Assembly (NCBI GenBank): GCA_951406725.2
Contig: OX597828.1
Location: 17,298,001 to 17,362,000 of the forward strand
From: Octopus vulgaris
Lineage: Eukaryota
DNA length: 64,000 bases
Reading direction: 5' to 3'
Below the pieces are notes generated by a model. That model had not been told where the DNA came from, did no database searches, and was given only the letters and a program-made list of their open reading frames with translations. The translations under genes were made by a program, and so were the position numbers. This document shows positions 11,591 through 24,900 of the stretch, in pieces (within the stretch, counting starts at the first letter, position 1; every line of letters begins with the position of its first letter).

Positions 11591-13830
11591 ATGAGTTTGG
11601 ATTTATTGGTAATTATTATTGGAGTGAGTCTGTATAGTAAGTGCAAGTTTGTATTGACTGTTTTTGTGTTATTTCCTGTTATAATTATTTGTGTGATAGT
11701 CTTAGTTCCAAAACTATCGTGTTGTGTTTTCCCCTGTGGGGGACACATTAATTGCTGGCAAGATGCTGAAAAGTGTAACTTCGTCTGGCGAAAAGTCGTC
11801 AACCGACAGGGAGGCAAAAAAGATTGAAAGTTTAATATTTGGCGATATTTCGGATTCTTCTATAAGTGAATTTCCCCAACCATCAATGTGTACTGTTGCA
11901 AAAGAGGAATATTGACGGGAAAATCCTTCAAACAGAAGAAAATATACAAAAAAGAAGTTTTGCGTCGGCGGCTGTAGGTGGAACCCGCCAGATGTCGACA
12001 AACAAAAATGACCTGATAAAGTACAAAGATATGATAACAATTGAAGACTGTGTTATGAAAGTTCAACCCCCGGAAGAACTATTAATGTTAGAAAAAAAGA
12101 AAAATAATTATTTTAAAATCTTACTGTCTAAAAGGGGAAAAAATGATCGAGTGAGCGAAGTGAAAGTTGAGAAGTGCTTGAAACCCATCAAGCAATATAT
12201 AACAAATCTAGCCAGAGGGAAGAAATTTAGTACTATCGAAGTACGACTAAAAGATATCGAAACTGCACAAATGCACTCAGTTAAATCTTTAGAAACGGAG
12301 GACGTTGTCTTAATTCTAGTATATATGGGAATGAGGACGTCAAAGATGCGTATACCAAGCGTCCCACCTCAAGTCGACCGTATGTCCTGGCAAAAAAGGA
12401 AGATAATATAACACTCCTTCAGGCTACCATCACAACACAGAAAAGTGTAATTGGACTGTCAAACGGTTCACCTCCTAATACAAGCAGAACAGTCAATTTT
12501 AGAACATATACCGGAGAAAATAGAAATTGGGCAAGAATTCCTCAACGTATTTGTCGAGGGGCGTAAGCCCCGATGCTTCAAGTGTGGCCAGCTGGGTCAT
12601 GTAAAAAACACTGTAAAGACGGCGAGGAACAATCCGATGGTGAAGTGGAGGAGAGAGAGAGAGAGAAACAGAAGAAAGAAAGCAACTAATAACAAGAGAA
12701 AATGGAAAGCTCAAATCAACAAAAACAGGTCGAACTAAGACCGAAAACAAATGCGAAAAGAGACAAGCCAAAAATTGTAAGGAAGGAAGCAGAAGACGTG
12801 GATAGTGAATGGAAATGGTCTCTGCTGGCCAGACAACTGTTCTCCGAGTTCAAAAGTATTTGCGAACAAGAAGCCTGGTGTTTTCGTAGATAGAGGTCGA
12901 GTGAATGGCATAATGAGTACCGTAAGGCCCTCCAGCTATTCCGGCACTCGGGCAGCGCCAGCGGTGGGGATTCTACACGAATTTTATATAGTGGGTTGGT
13001 AAAGTCTGAATGTGACGATGACCTGGGGGCGACTGTAGGTTTCTGGTATATTCAACTAGACAGCCTGTTCCATCGTACATTCGGGTTAAGAACGTTGGAG
13101 AACTTCCAAAGGACCTTGACCTGGCAATTACAGAGGTGCCTTGCCCGTTTGGGATAAGCTCGCAAGACATAGTAAGCGTCAGTCTCCGACCTGTCCAAGA
13201 TGCGGGGGAGACAGGGAAACCGTCCCTCACGCTATTGTCTAGTGTCCGGAGTTATCTGAAATGTGGGTTTATGCTGAACACCTGTTTACAGGCGAAGGAA
13301 GTGTACGGCTGTCGACTGAGTCAATTATAAAAATTGACCCGCCGGAAGTTTTAACAAAAGAAGGTAAGAATTGTTTTCTCACCGCTGTAGTAATAGCGAA
13401 AGAGGCAGTATGGAAGACTAGGATGAAAGGGATTAAGGCTGGCAACTTTACATCCGGCCACGATTTACGATCATTTTTTACTTTTCATTTGAAAAGGGAG
13501 GTGTGGTTGGAGAAGAGGTATCTGTCGGGGAGTATGTTCAAAAAGAGATGGAAGCATGTTGCACGGGTGTCGTGCATACAAGGTGCCGTGTGAATAGGCT
13601 ATAAAAGAACAAAAAAAGTTACCAGCGATAGATCAGGGCTTGTGGGGTCGGAGCGTGGCCTGATCATCGCTACTATTGTGTTGTCTCTGTATTGATAATT
13701 TCATTCGATTTCTTTATATTTTATATAATTTTTATATTCACATTTTATGTAAAATCATAACGTATTACTGATCCCAATCAGTTGTTTTGTCCAGTCCTGT
13801 GTTTGGCCCCCTGTGGGCAATAACGAAATC
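11591..13830 (+). mobile_element. Internally deleted Tx1-like non-LTR retroelement (ORF1 plus ORF2 C-terminus, no endonuclease or RT)
   Basis: ORF1 pieces at 11866-12411 and 12451-12738, with knuckle CFKCGQLGH. ORF2 remnant has zf-RVT TCPRCGGDRETVPHAIV*CP (~13188-13248) and IAKEAVWKTR...FKKRW. 3' tail is CCCCCTGTGGGCAATAACGAAAT. TSD GGTATTTCTTCTGT (11577-11590) / GGTATTCCTTCCGT (13831-13844). Confidence 0.85.
11866..12738 (+). pseudogene. Disrupted ORF1 nucleic-acid-binding protein with CCHC zinc knuckle (retroelement)
   Basis: VFVEGRKPRCFKCGQLGHVK motif; stop/frameshift breaks; homologous to the 2132-3815 element. Confidence 0.75.
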
Positions 13831-13990
13831 GGTATTCCTTCCGTCTTTACTTTCTGAGTTCGAATTCCGCCGAAGTCGACTTTGCCTTTCGGGGTCGTTA
13901 GAATAACTACCACCATTTGCAAACCGAGATCGATCTGATAGACTTACCCACTTTGCAGAACTTGCCGGCCCTTTGCCAAAATAGGAAACC
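13831..13990 (+). mobile_element. Resumption of the host SINE D body after the Tx1-like insertion
   Basis: TTCTGAGTTCGAATTCCGCCGAAGTCGACTTTGCC continues the head at 11175-11218. Confidence 0.8.
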
Positions 13991-15189
13991 AATTAATGTG
14001 TTGATGATATAGTATTTCTTTCTTTGTCTTTTTCTTTATTTTTTAAGTGGTATCTCGATATATATATTTAATTGACATCAGTATATATTTCTTTAATATT
14101 ATATTGTCGAGTTTTATAAATGACTCCAGCAGCATTTGAACTAAAAGCTCCGAATTCGAACCAAATCCAATACTTGGTTGCTATCCGCAGAATTGGAACT
14201 CAAAATATACAAGAAACAAAAGTAGGTAATGTTTTCTTACACGGGCTCAGCAACAAAGCATTAGTGTGGTGGGTTAATTCAATTAAATCGACACCGTGCG
14301 TAGCTAGTATGTTATTGACTCCGGAAGAATGAAAGGTAAGGTTTATCACAGTTGGATTTGAAATCAGACTCGAATGAACTGGGAAAAAAATATCGAAAGG
14401 AATTTTGAAAGACATTTAATGTATTCTATGAACCCATTAACTTATTTAACTAAATATTTCCTTGCGAGTGTTCCTGCACCCATTTAGTTTTATCGCCACG
14501 CCACACTATTAAATAAATATAACAAAATTTCTAAAATCTTCTGAGATAAATCAACGTAAGTTCAAATAAGGACAGCAAAAACAGGTTTATTTATAGTTAA
14601 ATGTTCTCCCGTTTCATGATAAGTAACTCAATGAAGAATACAGGAAAATAAAATCGTTTTAAGAAAATCAATATACAATGGCGTTAATTTTAAAGTTATA
14701 GCTAAAATACTTTGTAAATTTATGTAACAACATAAACAAATTTTCTGCTCGAAAATCTGACGGAAATTCTCACATCTGGAACACATAATCGTCTAGTTCA
14801 CTAAGAGAAAAGTGAAATATATTCTAAATACCATACATTTATTTTATTTAGTCAATACATCCGCCTTTCTTGATTTATTATAGACAATTCAAGGAGCTCA
14901 CTATTTTACAGAATGAAGCCATCCAAATACTCCCTATATTCTATGATATTATTTTACAGGTTTCAGCTATTTGCTTGTAGCCAAGCAGGAGTATCAGCTT
15001 CGAATGTTTCAGCCAATGATATTCAGCAAATTATTGTAGCCTCACACGCCGTTCGTTTCCTGTTTATCGAAGGGCTGCATTCACCCACATGGTGCTTTTG
15101 ATTTGTGACTTCCAGGGACGTTATTAACTGACAGCATCTACAAAGGTACACATAAATATGCATAAACACATACAGCTTATACATGTGAG

Positions 15190-15268
<79 letters not shown>

Positions 15269-15304
15269 ATCAATATACACATGCATAAACAGATATGTAA
15301 TGTA

Positions 15305-15523
15305 TTTCTTTATTGCCCACAGGCAGCTAAACATAGAGGGGACAAACAAGGACAGACAAAGGGATTAAGTCGATTACATCGACCCTAGTACGTAACTGGT
15401 ACTTATTTAATCGACCGCGAAAGGATGAAAGGCAAAATCGACCTCGGCGGAATTTGAACTCAGAACGTATGGACAGAAGAAATTCCGTTAGCGTGCTAAC
15501 GTTTCTGCCAGCTCATCGCCTTA
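15305..15523 (-). mobile_element. Stand-alone SINE D with Tx1-type tail
   Basis: Minus strand: head AAGGCGATGAGCTGGCAGAAACG, tail TGTCCCCTCTATGTTTAGCTGCCTGTGGGCAATAAAGAAAT, imperfect TSD ATTACATAT(G/C)TGT. Confidence 0.85.
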
Positions 15524-15709
15524 ATACACATATGTAATTTAAAAACAGAAAGCATAACAAAATGAGAGCAATGCATTTGCTTATAATATTTAGATGCATC
15601 ATCTTACGCACGTTAATATAACAAAAAAGTACATATCAGTTGCATTATGGTATCATCAGAGAATGCTTACTGATATAAATAATACTTAATATTTGTACTG
15701 GATAAGACA

Positions 15710-15925
15710 GCAAGCTGGCAAAATCCCTAGCACACCGGGCAAAATGCTCAGCAGCTTTTCGCCCATATTTATGTTCTGAGTTCAAATTCAGTGCAGGTCG
15801 ACTTTGCCTGTTATCCTTTCCGGGTTGATAAGATAGGTCCCAGTTGAAAACGGAGGTCGACGTAATCAATTCTGCTCCTCACTCCCCCACCACAACTTGC
15901 TGGCTTTGTGCCAAAATTTGAAACC
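15710..15925 (+). mobile_element. SINE family D, older copy with the other (non-Tx1) tail
   Basis: AAGCTGGCAAAATC...TTCTGAGTTCAAATTC...GGTCGACTTTGCC. Confidence 0.7.
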
Positions 15926-16538
15926 AATATTTACACTGGATTACACGCATATATACATGTGCGTGCTTGTGTTTGTACGTACGCAAATGAGTGTGTGTGA
16001 GTATGTGGGGTGTATGTGAAGAGGGATTTCCACACAAATTTGTCTTTATGATCAATTCGATGCGAACAATAGTGTTCGTACATCACAATTGTGGAAAGTA
16101 ACACGAACGAATTCCAAAAATCTCATTTTTAAACTTCACACCTATGCTTTTACTCTAAAAATCATCTTCAAAAAGTTTTCTCGTTTCTTTTCAAATTTTA
16201 CCACTAGCTATACTCATGGCAAATAACAATGTTTCGGGTTACTTATGCACTGATACAATCACTCAGCTATCCATCGCATTTTCATAAGCTTGTCCTAACG
16301 TCTACGTTTGTATTCAGACTTTTAGTTAGCCCCTATTTCATACGATCTGACTAACATAATGCTTTCCTTTCATAAGTCCCAAGTTACATTGGTGGTTGCA
16401 AAAACAATGGGGAATGATTATCGTATATAATGCATGATGGCCAGAGAAATATGTCCTGTGTATCATATGTGAAATACAAGACAGGCAAAGGTTTGTGTCT
16501 GCTTTTCTGTTATCGCCATCTCTATATTAGATTACTAA

Positions 16539-17034
16539 CTAGCTTAAGGTGACCCGCTCTACGCGCGGGTGAGGGTGTGGTTGTTACTTTCTGTTGCTTC
16601 CTCTGTTTCTTATCGCCACACTCTCCATCTTTGTTTCTCTCTCGTTTCTCTCTCACTTTCCCACTTTTCCTTTCTCTCCGACTCTCCCTCGCTTTCTCTT
16701 ACTCTCTATCTTTCTCTATCTATGTCTCTCCCATTTATAATAAATTAGATTTCCGCGCTTAAATTATAAATCCACTTCCACTTTACCATGTTGAAAATTT
16801 TATTGAAATCGGGCAAAAAGTGTCCAATCTAGACCCACAAGTGTCCTCCCAAATCAATAAAATCCCCGTTTTCACACCAAGGCAACCACTGTAGTGCCCC
16901 CAAAACGCTTCTTAATCAATTTCTCACCTTAAGTTATCCCTCCTGTAAATTTTAATCCCCTTCCAGCCACATTTAGACCCCTTTTTATATAAAAATCCAA
17001 TTTGCATCAACGTTCGCCTTCTTCATTTTATAGA
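16539..17034 (-). mobile_element. Non-autonomous Helitron
   Basis: Minus strand begins A|TCTATAAAATG and ends with a CCCGCGCGTAGAGCGGG hairpin followed by CTAG|T. Confidence 0.7.
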
Positions 17035-17750
17035 TTAGAGAAATAGATTGAATAAAATGAACGCTAGAATATTTGCTTTATGTGTGCAGCATTAAATTAA
17101 AATTGCACAATTAGAATAAGAACAAGCATTTTCTAATTCTGAATTGTGAAGATAAAGCTTTAATTCACAAACTTAAGGATTCACTTTGGACTTGAGCAAT
17201 ACGGTGACGACTCAGACAAACATTTCAGCTTTACTCGATCTCCTCAGCAAAGCATAGCTTAACATTTCATGCAGAATGGATAAGATTGTTGTTAACGAAC
17301 ATCGTGTGAAGTTATCAATTAATATAATGACTGGGAATCAATATTACCTAGAGGCGTCTGCTGCAAGAAAACGTAACGGTAAAGTAGGCGTCAACAATCT
17401 TGGTATCGTAAATCAAGCAATTTTAATTTATTACAATTTCATCTTAAATTTATGAACAGATGTATTTAGTTTTCAAATTACTGATTCTGTTCAAAAAATA
17501 GGGGGAGACAACTGCGAAATTCTTTTAATTAAAATTTATTAAAGATGGAATCCAGTGGAAAATAAGTTTTATCTTTAGTTAGGGTTATGGTAACAAGTTT
17601 GGACAATAAATGCAAATGGTGAAAGTACTTATGTTATTTTATTTTAGTTAAAGAATTACAGGAATAAACAGAGCAAGAATCTCACCATCTGTTAGTTCTT
17701 AGTTTTCGTTCTTCTATCACGTCGAAGTACCTTCTGTCTCCATTACTCAA

Positions 17751-18140
17751 TCTATATCTCTAAAGCTGGAGTTGTCTGTGTGTGGCAGGATTGGTAGCCT
17801 TCAGCTAACACTATCTACTCCGAGACCCTGCGGTGCAAGTTGACCAAAATTGAGAGTATGATAGAAGAAGGCTTGCTCTTCATTCTGAAGGAGATAAAAT
17901 TCAAATCGAACCATGTTAAGACCAAAAGTTATTTACATCAAAAAGTGGGGTTTTTTCTATGAAAAGCCCTATTTTTTACGATTTTTTGACTGCTGTGTCG
18001 CCATTTTTCGGTGTATTTGGACCAGAAAAATGTTCACTTAAAGAGAATAACAAGCTACATAATGCAAAAGTTTTACTTTTCAAAATTTCTAATTCTAAAG
18101 GGGCGCAAAAAACCCGAGCAACGCCGGGCGATACTGCTAG
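17751..18140 (+). mobile_element. Non-autonomous Helitron (first of a tandem pair)
   Basis: A|TCTATATC start; 3' CCCGAGCAACGCCGGG hairpin followed by CGATACTGCTAG. Confidence 0.8.
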
Positions 18141-18540
18141 TCTTTATATATAAAAGTGAGGTTGTGTGCTGTCTGTCTCCTACGATTTAGATTCCTAACT
18201 ACTCCCACATTTTGCGATGCAGTTTAACCAAAACCGGGTATCTTATAGTCGTGATTCATATCGAGCCCTTCTGGGTATTAGCGCGCGTCTACGATGAGTC
18301 TTCGATTTTAAACATAATTTACCATCAATTTTTCCCATTTTTAATGCATTTTTGGCATATATAAGGGAAGTAACTCTCTAAAAAGTTATTAAATATCAGA
18401 ACGTAAAAAGTTACAGTAACAACCCCCCCCCCCCCTTTGTGGTTAGCCATATTGAGATGGCTATTATACTTTTCATCTCTAAAAATGCTTATATAGTTAT
18501 TTCCCTTACAAACCCGAGCAACGCCGGGCGATACTGCTAG
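18141..18540 (+). mobile_element. Non-autonomous Helitron (second of a tandem pair)
   Basis: TCTTTATATATAAAAG start; same 3' end AAACCCGAGCAACGCCGGGCGATACTGCTAG|T. Confidence 0.85.
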
Positions 18541-19008
18541 TAACTGATAAAATGCAAATGGATTTACGGAGGTACTCTGTGTTAGTTATATCGAATATAC
18601 AGCTTACCTAAACCTATATGACATTTTTGGTTTAATTGAATCATTTGGGCTCTCTCTCTCTCGCAACGTCTTTCTATTTTATGACATTTGAAAGTAGGTA
18701 TCAGTCTGTTTTTACTCTAAAAGACTAATGACTCTATAGAATATTTGGAAGGAGTTAAACGTTAATATTCTTTGTTTATTACTAAAGGAATGTGGAACGA
18801 ACGATGTAAAAGAGCCAATCACCGGAGCCGCTTTACAGCACTTCAAGTCGTTACCATCTATAAACTTAATCTTCCCGTTTGTTGTAATTTTATTTCTGTT
18901 TCCGCTGCCAGGCTCTTGGGAGAATACACAGGCTGTTATACTTTAATCAAAAGAAAGAAAATTATTGTTACTTGGATTTCAAGGATAATTTACTTTCAGA
19001 AAATTGTA

Positions 19009-19049
<41 letters not shown>

Positions 19050-19287
19050 GAGGAGGAGGAGCGGGAGGAGGGGGAAGAGGAAAAGAAGAAGAAAAATTAT
19101 TTAATATTTTCAAATTTGGCCCTTTCAGACATTATTTAAGTACAGCTTCTGGTGAAATCACTTATATGTGTGTGTGTATATATATATATATATGATTGTG
19201 TGTTTGTGTGTGTGTGTGCGCGCATGTGTGTATGCAAGCATATATATATATATATGTACGTATGTGTATATATATATATATATATAT

Positions 19288-19864
19288 AAACTACAAAAGG
19301 TCAGGAGGTATGAGAGATGAATATATTTAATTCACCAGTTGAGGTACCAGTCGGATGACGGATGTTTCGCAGCCTTCATCATGTAATAAAGATATTTTTA
19401 ATGCAAAGTGTATCATTTTACATATCTGCTCTAATATGCATGCTATACATTACAAAGTACAATTGTAAATTTACAAACAAATGCACATAGAGAAGGCTAG
19501 TTCTTCAGATCATCAGAACATCGTGGTTATATGAGGGACTCTTTTGGGGGGCGTTTCCTCGAATCCATATACTGCACGTTTTATAAATATATATATCTTT
19601 TCATTAAAGCTGCAATATCATCACAAAAGAACTCCTACTTGGAGATTCGCGTTAGCTTTCGCCAGACAGATGGATATTTGCAAAATGAATATTTGCCAAA
19701 CAGTCCTTTTTGTATCCGAAGTAGAACGGGGAGGTTTAAAGTAAATTTAAACCATCCATTCCTTAAAGTTTTTAAATCATTACTCAATAACTGATTACTA
19801 ATAATAATATAGTATAAAGACCCACTAAATATCTAAATCGCTTTGTAATTATGAATGCGCCTAA

Positions 19865-19903
<39 letters not shown>

Positions 19904-20600
19904 CACATTTATGCTAACGTGAGAACTCGTGCTATGCTGCTTGCACGAGGGCGTTTATGCATCCATATCGGTTAACGGTTTTTTTCAATAATTTTTCTCG
20001 CTGGATTAAGTGTTCCTTTCCCTTTTTGTCTTCTGCAATTTTATGTTTGGATCCTCTATATATACGAAGAATTTTCGTCCGTCTGGCTGAGTTTTCTCTC
20101 TACAAAACGAAAAGTTGCATTATGGAACAGTCAATTTAACGAGATTTTTATTTATGTATTTATCATCCGACGAGATACGTCTGCACCACCGGATACTCCT
20201 GAACCAGTTTTTGTGTGTCTCACAAGAGGAGTCAACGCTAGATGTGTCGAAAAAATTGCTGTCATTAATAATATATTCTCGTATATTCCATCTGTCTTTC
20301 ATTTGTTATATATATACACTATGGGTTGGGAAAGAAATTAAAGATATTTCCAGGTTTTTGCCTGAAGGATTGGGGAGAATGTGTAGTGCAGAAGCAGAAA
20401 GTAAGAACCAGAAGGGATGAGGGGTTAGGGACAGTCTACTAATCTCAAGTGATGCTGATATATAACTAACCCCTTTACAATTGTAGAATCCATTGCCGTA
20501 TCATTAGAAAGAGCAAAGGAGAGAAGATATAGCGAGAGGTTAATGTCTGTTGGTGAATGAATATTTGCCAAACAGTCCTTTTGTATCCGAAGTAGAAGAT
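19288..20600 (-). mobile_element. Decayed Penelope-like element flanked by (TA)n
   Basis: Minus ORF 20120-20302 RSIRWCRRISSDDKYINKNLVKL resembles the PLE RT thumb (R.RRICS....F...L..L). Hammerhead-like TGATGAAGGCTGCGAAAC at ~19365-19382. A ~42-bp direct repeat lies at 19685-19726 and 20557-20597. Confidence 0.5.
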
Positions 20601-21035
20601 AATATTTATTTGAGATATATATATATATATATATGAGATGTATCGCTGTTATTATATGTTCAAGCAATGCTAGGCATTTTATGATTTAAAAACAAAATGT
20701 TTACATCTTTGAGAATGTTTATTAAAGTATGTAATAGCCTTGTTGAACCTTCACCCGAATGTACGAGATCAATCTTTCTCGAAATTTTGCCTTTTCTTTC
20801 TTCAGTTGCTAGAATAGAATCTATTGTAATCTATAATTAATTACTGCATGGTCTTCAGATATAAATCAATAAGAATACTACAAAGTCTTATGAAATTAAT
20901 TATAGAATAGATAATATTTCACTTCTGTAATAATGTCAAGAACGTACACACACACTCATACACTCATTCAAGATATGAGTATTTTTAAGTATGTATACAT
21001 GTATATATATGTACATATACATATGCATACATAGT

Positions 21036-21073
<38 letters not shown>

Positions 21074-21159
21074 TGAGCGTGTGTTAGTGTGTATATGTAT
21101 ATGCATGTATATCTCTCTATATGTGAATATTATATGGATATGTATATATATATATATGA

Positions 21160-21192
<33 letters not shown>

Positions 21193-21235
21193 TATATGAG
21201 TATGTATATACATACATGTAAGTATACATATACAT

Positions 21236-21275
<40 letters not shown>

Positions 21276-21827
21276 TATATTGTATATATATGTTATTTGG
21301 TGATCTCGAAGTCGTGCAGGCAGCTGCATATACGAATGCATCGGTTTTCCTTCCAGCAGACCAATCAATGTTTAACACATTAAAGTAAAATTCTGGATAC
21401 TGGTAGTACATCCACAATAACCGTTGTGGACGTACGAGCCAAATTATGACGTATGATTCACAACCAACTAAACGGTCGTGTGGTTCTCTGGTCCCATCTT
21501 GCAATGCTGGTCACACAGTGCAGTCTGATCGACTCGTCGTATATGCCAGTCCTTATGGATGTGTTTGTTACCAATCAAACAAAATGTTACATGGCTCAGT
21601 GATTCTATGTAGCAATTATTATGACTATGATATTAATCATCCAGTGCTGTCTGGTTGAATCTTCATATATGTCATTCATTATCGATACGGTACAAGACAG
21701 GCAGTGGTATGATTATCGGCTCTACTTATATGACGATACTAACCCGTATGTTCCCAGTCAAACTGTGATATGTGATATATATATATATGTATATATATAT
21801 ATATGTATATATATATATGTATGTATG

Positions 21828-21871
<44 letters not shown>

Positions 21872-22031
21872 GGCGCAGGAGTGGCTGTGTGGTAAGTAGC
21901 TTGCTTAGCAACCACATGGTTCCAGGTTCAGTGCCACTGCGTGGCACCTTGGGCAAGTGTCTTCTGCTATGGCCTCGGGCCGACCAAAGCCTTGTGAGTG
22001 CATTTGGTAGACGGAAATTGAAAGAAGTCGT
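21872..22031 (+). mobile_element. SINE family A 5' half
   Basis: GGCGCAGGAGTGGCTGTGTGGTAAGTAGCTTGC head. Confidence 0.85.
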
Positions 22032-22732
22032 ATATATGTATCTCTGATCGAGCAAATATCTATTAATAATTATATCAGGCATGACCAACAGACCTTTTAA
22101 TTTTCAGTGACACTACATCAAGGACTACATTATCCAAATGTCACATTCTTTTGTTTTAGACAGCATGGTGTAACCTGAGAGAGATTTAACTTTGATTTCT
22201 AGCAGGATGAGGGATAGTATAGAACTTACCTCAAACTTTCACATAACTCATTGTTTATCATTGTGCAATTGATGACGTGTTAATTATTTATCTCGCACTA
22301 AATACGGCTGCTTAATTGTCATCTCGCAGTACATTTCTCCTTATAATAGAGATTATTTTCAATAAAATGATGTTCTGCGCTAAGAGAAGTTTATCTACGA
22401 ATCTCTTAACAGTACAATACACGGAGATTAATTAGAAGCCCAATAGACAACAGATACTTCTGAAAGGTACTAAAACGGCTGCTATAGTCAGACTGTTGAA
22501 ATAAACAATTAAACATAATATTATCCCACATTCGTCCACAAGGCTTGCATAGGCTCTGATAATCTTGCGGCTGCTCAGATTAAATGATCGAGGAACCTTT
22601 AAGAGATGATCGAGAGTAACTTATTCATTTACTACCTGCGGCAAATATACTCAGGTAGACTAATGAATGTGGAACATATCTAAAATCACTGCGATTAGAA
22701 AAATCGGTAAAGAATAACAATCTATGAAGATA

Positions 22733-23343
22733 CAGTAATCCCTCGTCTATCGCGTGTTACGGTAAAAAAATACAGAAAATCCGCGAAGTAGAAACAGTAC
22801 TGTACTCTCTCTTTACTCTTTTTTTTTTGTTTCAGTCATTTGTGACTATGCTGGAGCACCGTCTCTAGTCGAGCAAATCGAACCCAGGACTTATTCTTTG
22901 TAAGCCTAGTACTTATTCTATCAGTCTCTTTTGCCGAACCGCTATTTTACGTGGTCGTAAACACACCAGCATAGGTTGTCAAGCGATGTTGGGGGTACAA
23001 ACACAGACACACAAACATATACACACACGTATATATATATACGATGGGCTTCTTTCAGTTTCCGTCAACCAAATCTACTCACAAGGCTTTGGTCGGCCCG
23101 AGGCTATAGTAGAAGACACTTGTCCTAGGTACCACGCAGTGGAACTGAACCCGGAACCATGTGGTTGGTAAGCAAGCTACTTACCACACAGCTACTTCTA
23201 CGCCTATGTACATTTTTAAAAATTACTCTATATTTTTTTTAATTATTTTTATAATTTCTATATATTTATTGTAATATAAATGCAAAACAACACCACGATA
23301 ATAAACCGCGATAGGTGAACCGCGATATGGCGAGGGATTATTG
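22733..23343. mobile_element. pogo/Tigger-like MITE containing a nested SINE A
   Basis: TIRs CAGTAATCCCTCG / CGAGGGATTATTG flanked by TA. Confidence 0.8.
22805..23206 (-). mobile_element. SINE family A, full length
   Basis: Head, body and tail all present on the minus strand. Confidence 0.85.
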
Positions 23344-23879
23344 TATCCACCTTGCCAAAAAAAGGGAAAAGATACAAAAAGAATGAATATTTTGATCATT
23401 TGTTCGTTTCGGTCGCAGCAAAATTATTTTATTGTTAATTATTTTATAGATTTCTTGATGCAATTTAAAGTAAACTTCAGCGGGGTTTGAACTGAGAACG
23501 TAAGTATCCTATTTACAATAGGCACAAGTCCTGATTCTTTGGGTTGCGGTAGGGGATATAGTAAATTGTGATTAACAAACTTTGTGGAGCACTGAACAGA
23601 GTATATTTAGTTGAACTACTTTATTTACCGGGTCATTACTTTCTGAGTTCAAACCCCACTGAAGTCAGTTTTGAATTTGCTCCTTAAAGGGTTGATGAAA
23701 AACACATGGTAGAATCGTAAGTGCTGGGAGTGAAATTAATAAATGCACATCGGTACAAAATATTTTACATTGCTTCTAACTTAGAAATCCTTTTTACAAT
23801 TCTAAATAAAACTAATAAAATTATCATTGTCAGTATCAAGAATTTGATACAGATATCGATGGAAATAGCTATTCATTGG

Positions 23880-24159
23880 TAGTAGCACAGCAGCAGCAGC
23901 AGCAGCAGCAGAAGTAGTAGTAGTATTAGTAGTAGAAGTAGTAGTGGTAGTAGTAGTACTACTACTAGTAGTAGTAGTAGTAGAAGTAGTAGTCATAGCA
24001 GGAGCAGCAGAGCTAGTAGTAGTAGTGGTGGTAGCAACAGCAGCAGTTGTAGTGGCAGCAGCAGTAGTAATAGCAGCAACAACTGCAGTAGTATTGGCAG
24101 AAGTAGTAATAGCAGCAGCAGTAACGGTATTATTATTATTATTAGTAGTAGTAGTAGTG

Positions 24160-24224
<65 letters not shown>

Positions 24225-24258
24225 GGTGGTAATAGTAGTAGTAGTAGTAGTAGTAGTG
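23880..24258. repeat. Compound (GTA/GCA/GTG)n trinucleotide tract
   Basis: Seen directly; explains the poly-V, poly-L and poly-T ORFs. Confidence 0.95.
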
Positions 24259-24559
24259 TCAAATTAAAATGCTTTTCGATATTTAGTTATGTTCTGAGTT
24301 CAAATCTCATGAGAAATAAATTTTGCATCCCATCCCGCTGGGATCGATAAAACGAAATGCTGCCACGTACTATTACCGATTCTATGAAGTAAGAGTGCTG
24401 CCTTACAAATGGAAGGTTTTGTCTCAAAGCTGGAAATAAATATTTCTTGGGATATAAAGAAACGGCAATGCGCAGAATCTGCAGTCACGTTGATCGAAGA
24501 GTTTTACAATAATTCTCTCCCGACCTCTCTATTCTCCCTCTTTCTTCTATCTATCTTTC

Positions 24560-24637
24560 TTTGTATGTATGTATGTATGTATGTATGTATGTATGTATGT
24601 ATGTATGTATGTATGTATGTATGTATGTATGTATGTA

Positions 24638-24668
<31 letters not shown>

Positions 24669-24808
24669 CTGTGTGTGTGTGTCTGTCTGTCTGTCTGTCT
24701 TTTCTATCTATCTATCTAACTACGTGTCTGCCTGCCTGTCTATTATCCATATATGTATCTATCTGTGTCTATTATCTATATGTATGTATGCATATATCTG
24801 CTTGTCTA

Positions 24809-24874
<66 letters not shown>

Positions 24875-24900
24875 GTCTGTTTATCTATCTATCTATCTAT
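24560..24900. repeat. Compound (TATG)n/(TG)n/(CT)n/(TA)n microsatellite block
   Basis: Seen directly. Confidence 0.9.

Noticed and set aside
23802-23870. Minus-strand peptide LYQILDTDNDNFISFI resembling an EF-hand loop
   Set aside because: There is a stop at the position-12 Glu, no splice sites frame it, and it abuts a trinucleotide tract; likely chance.
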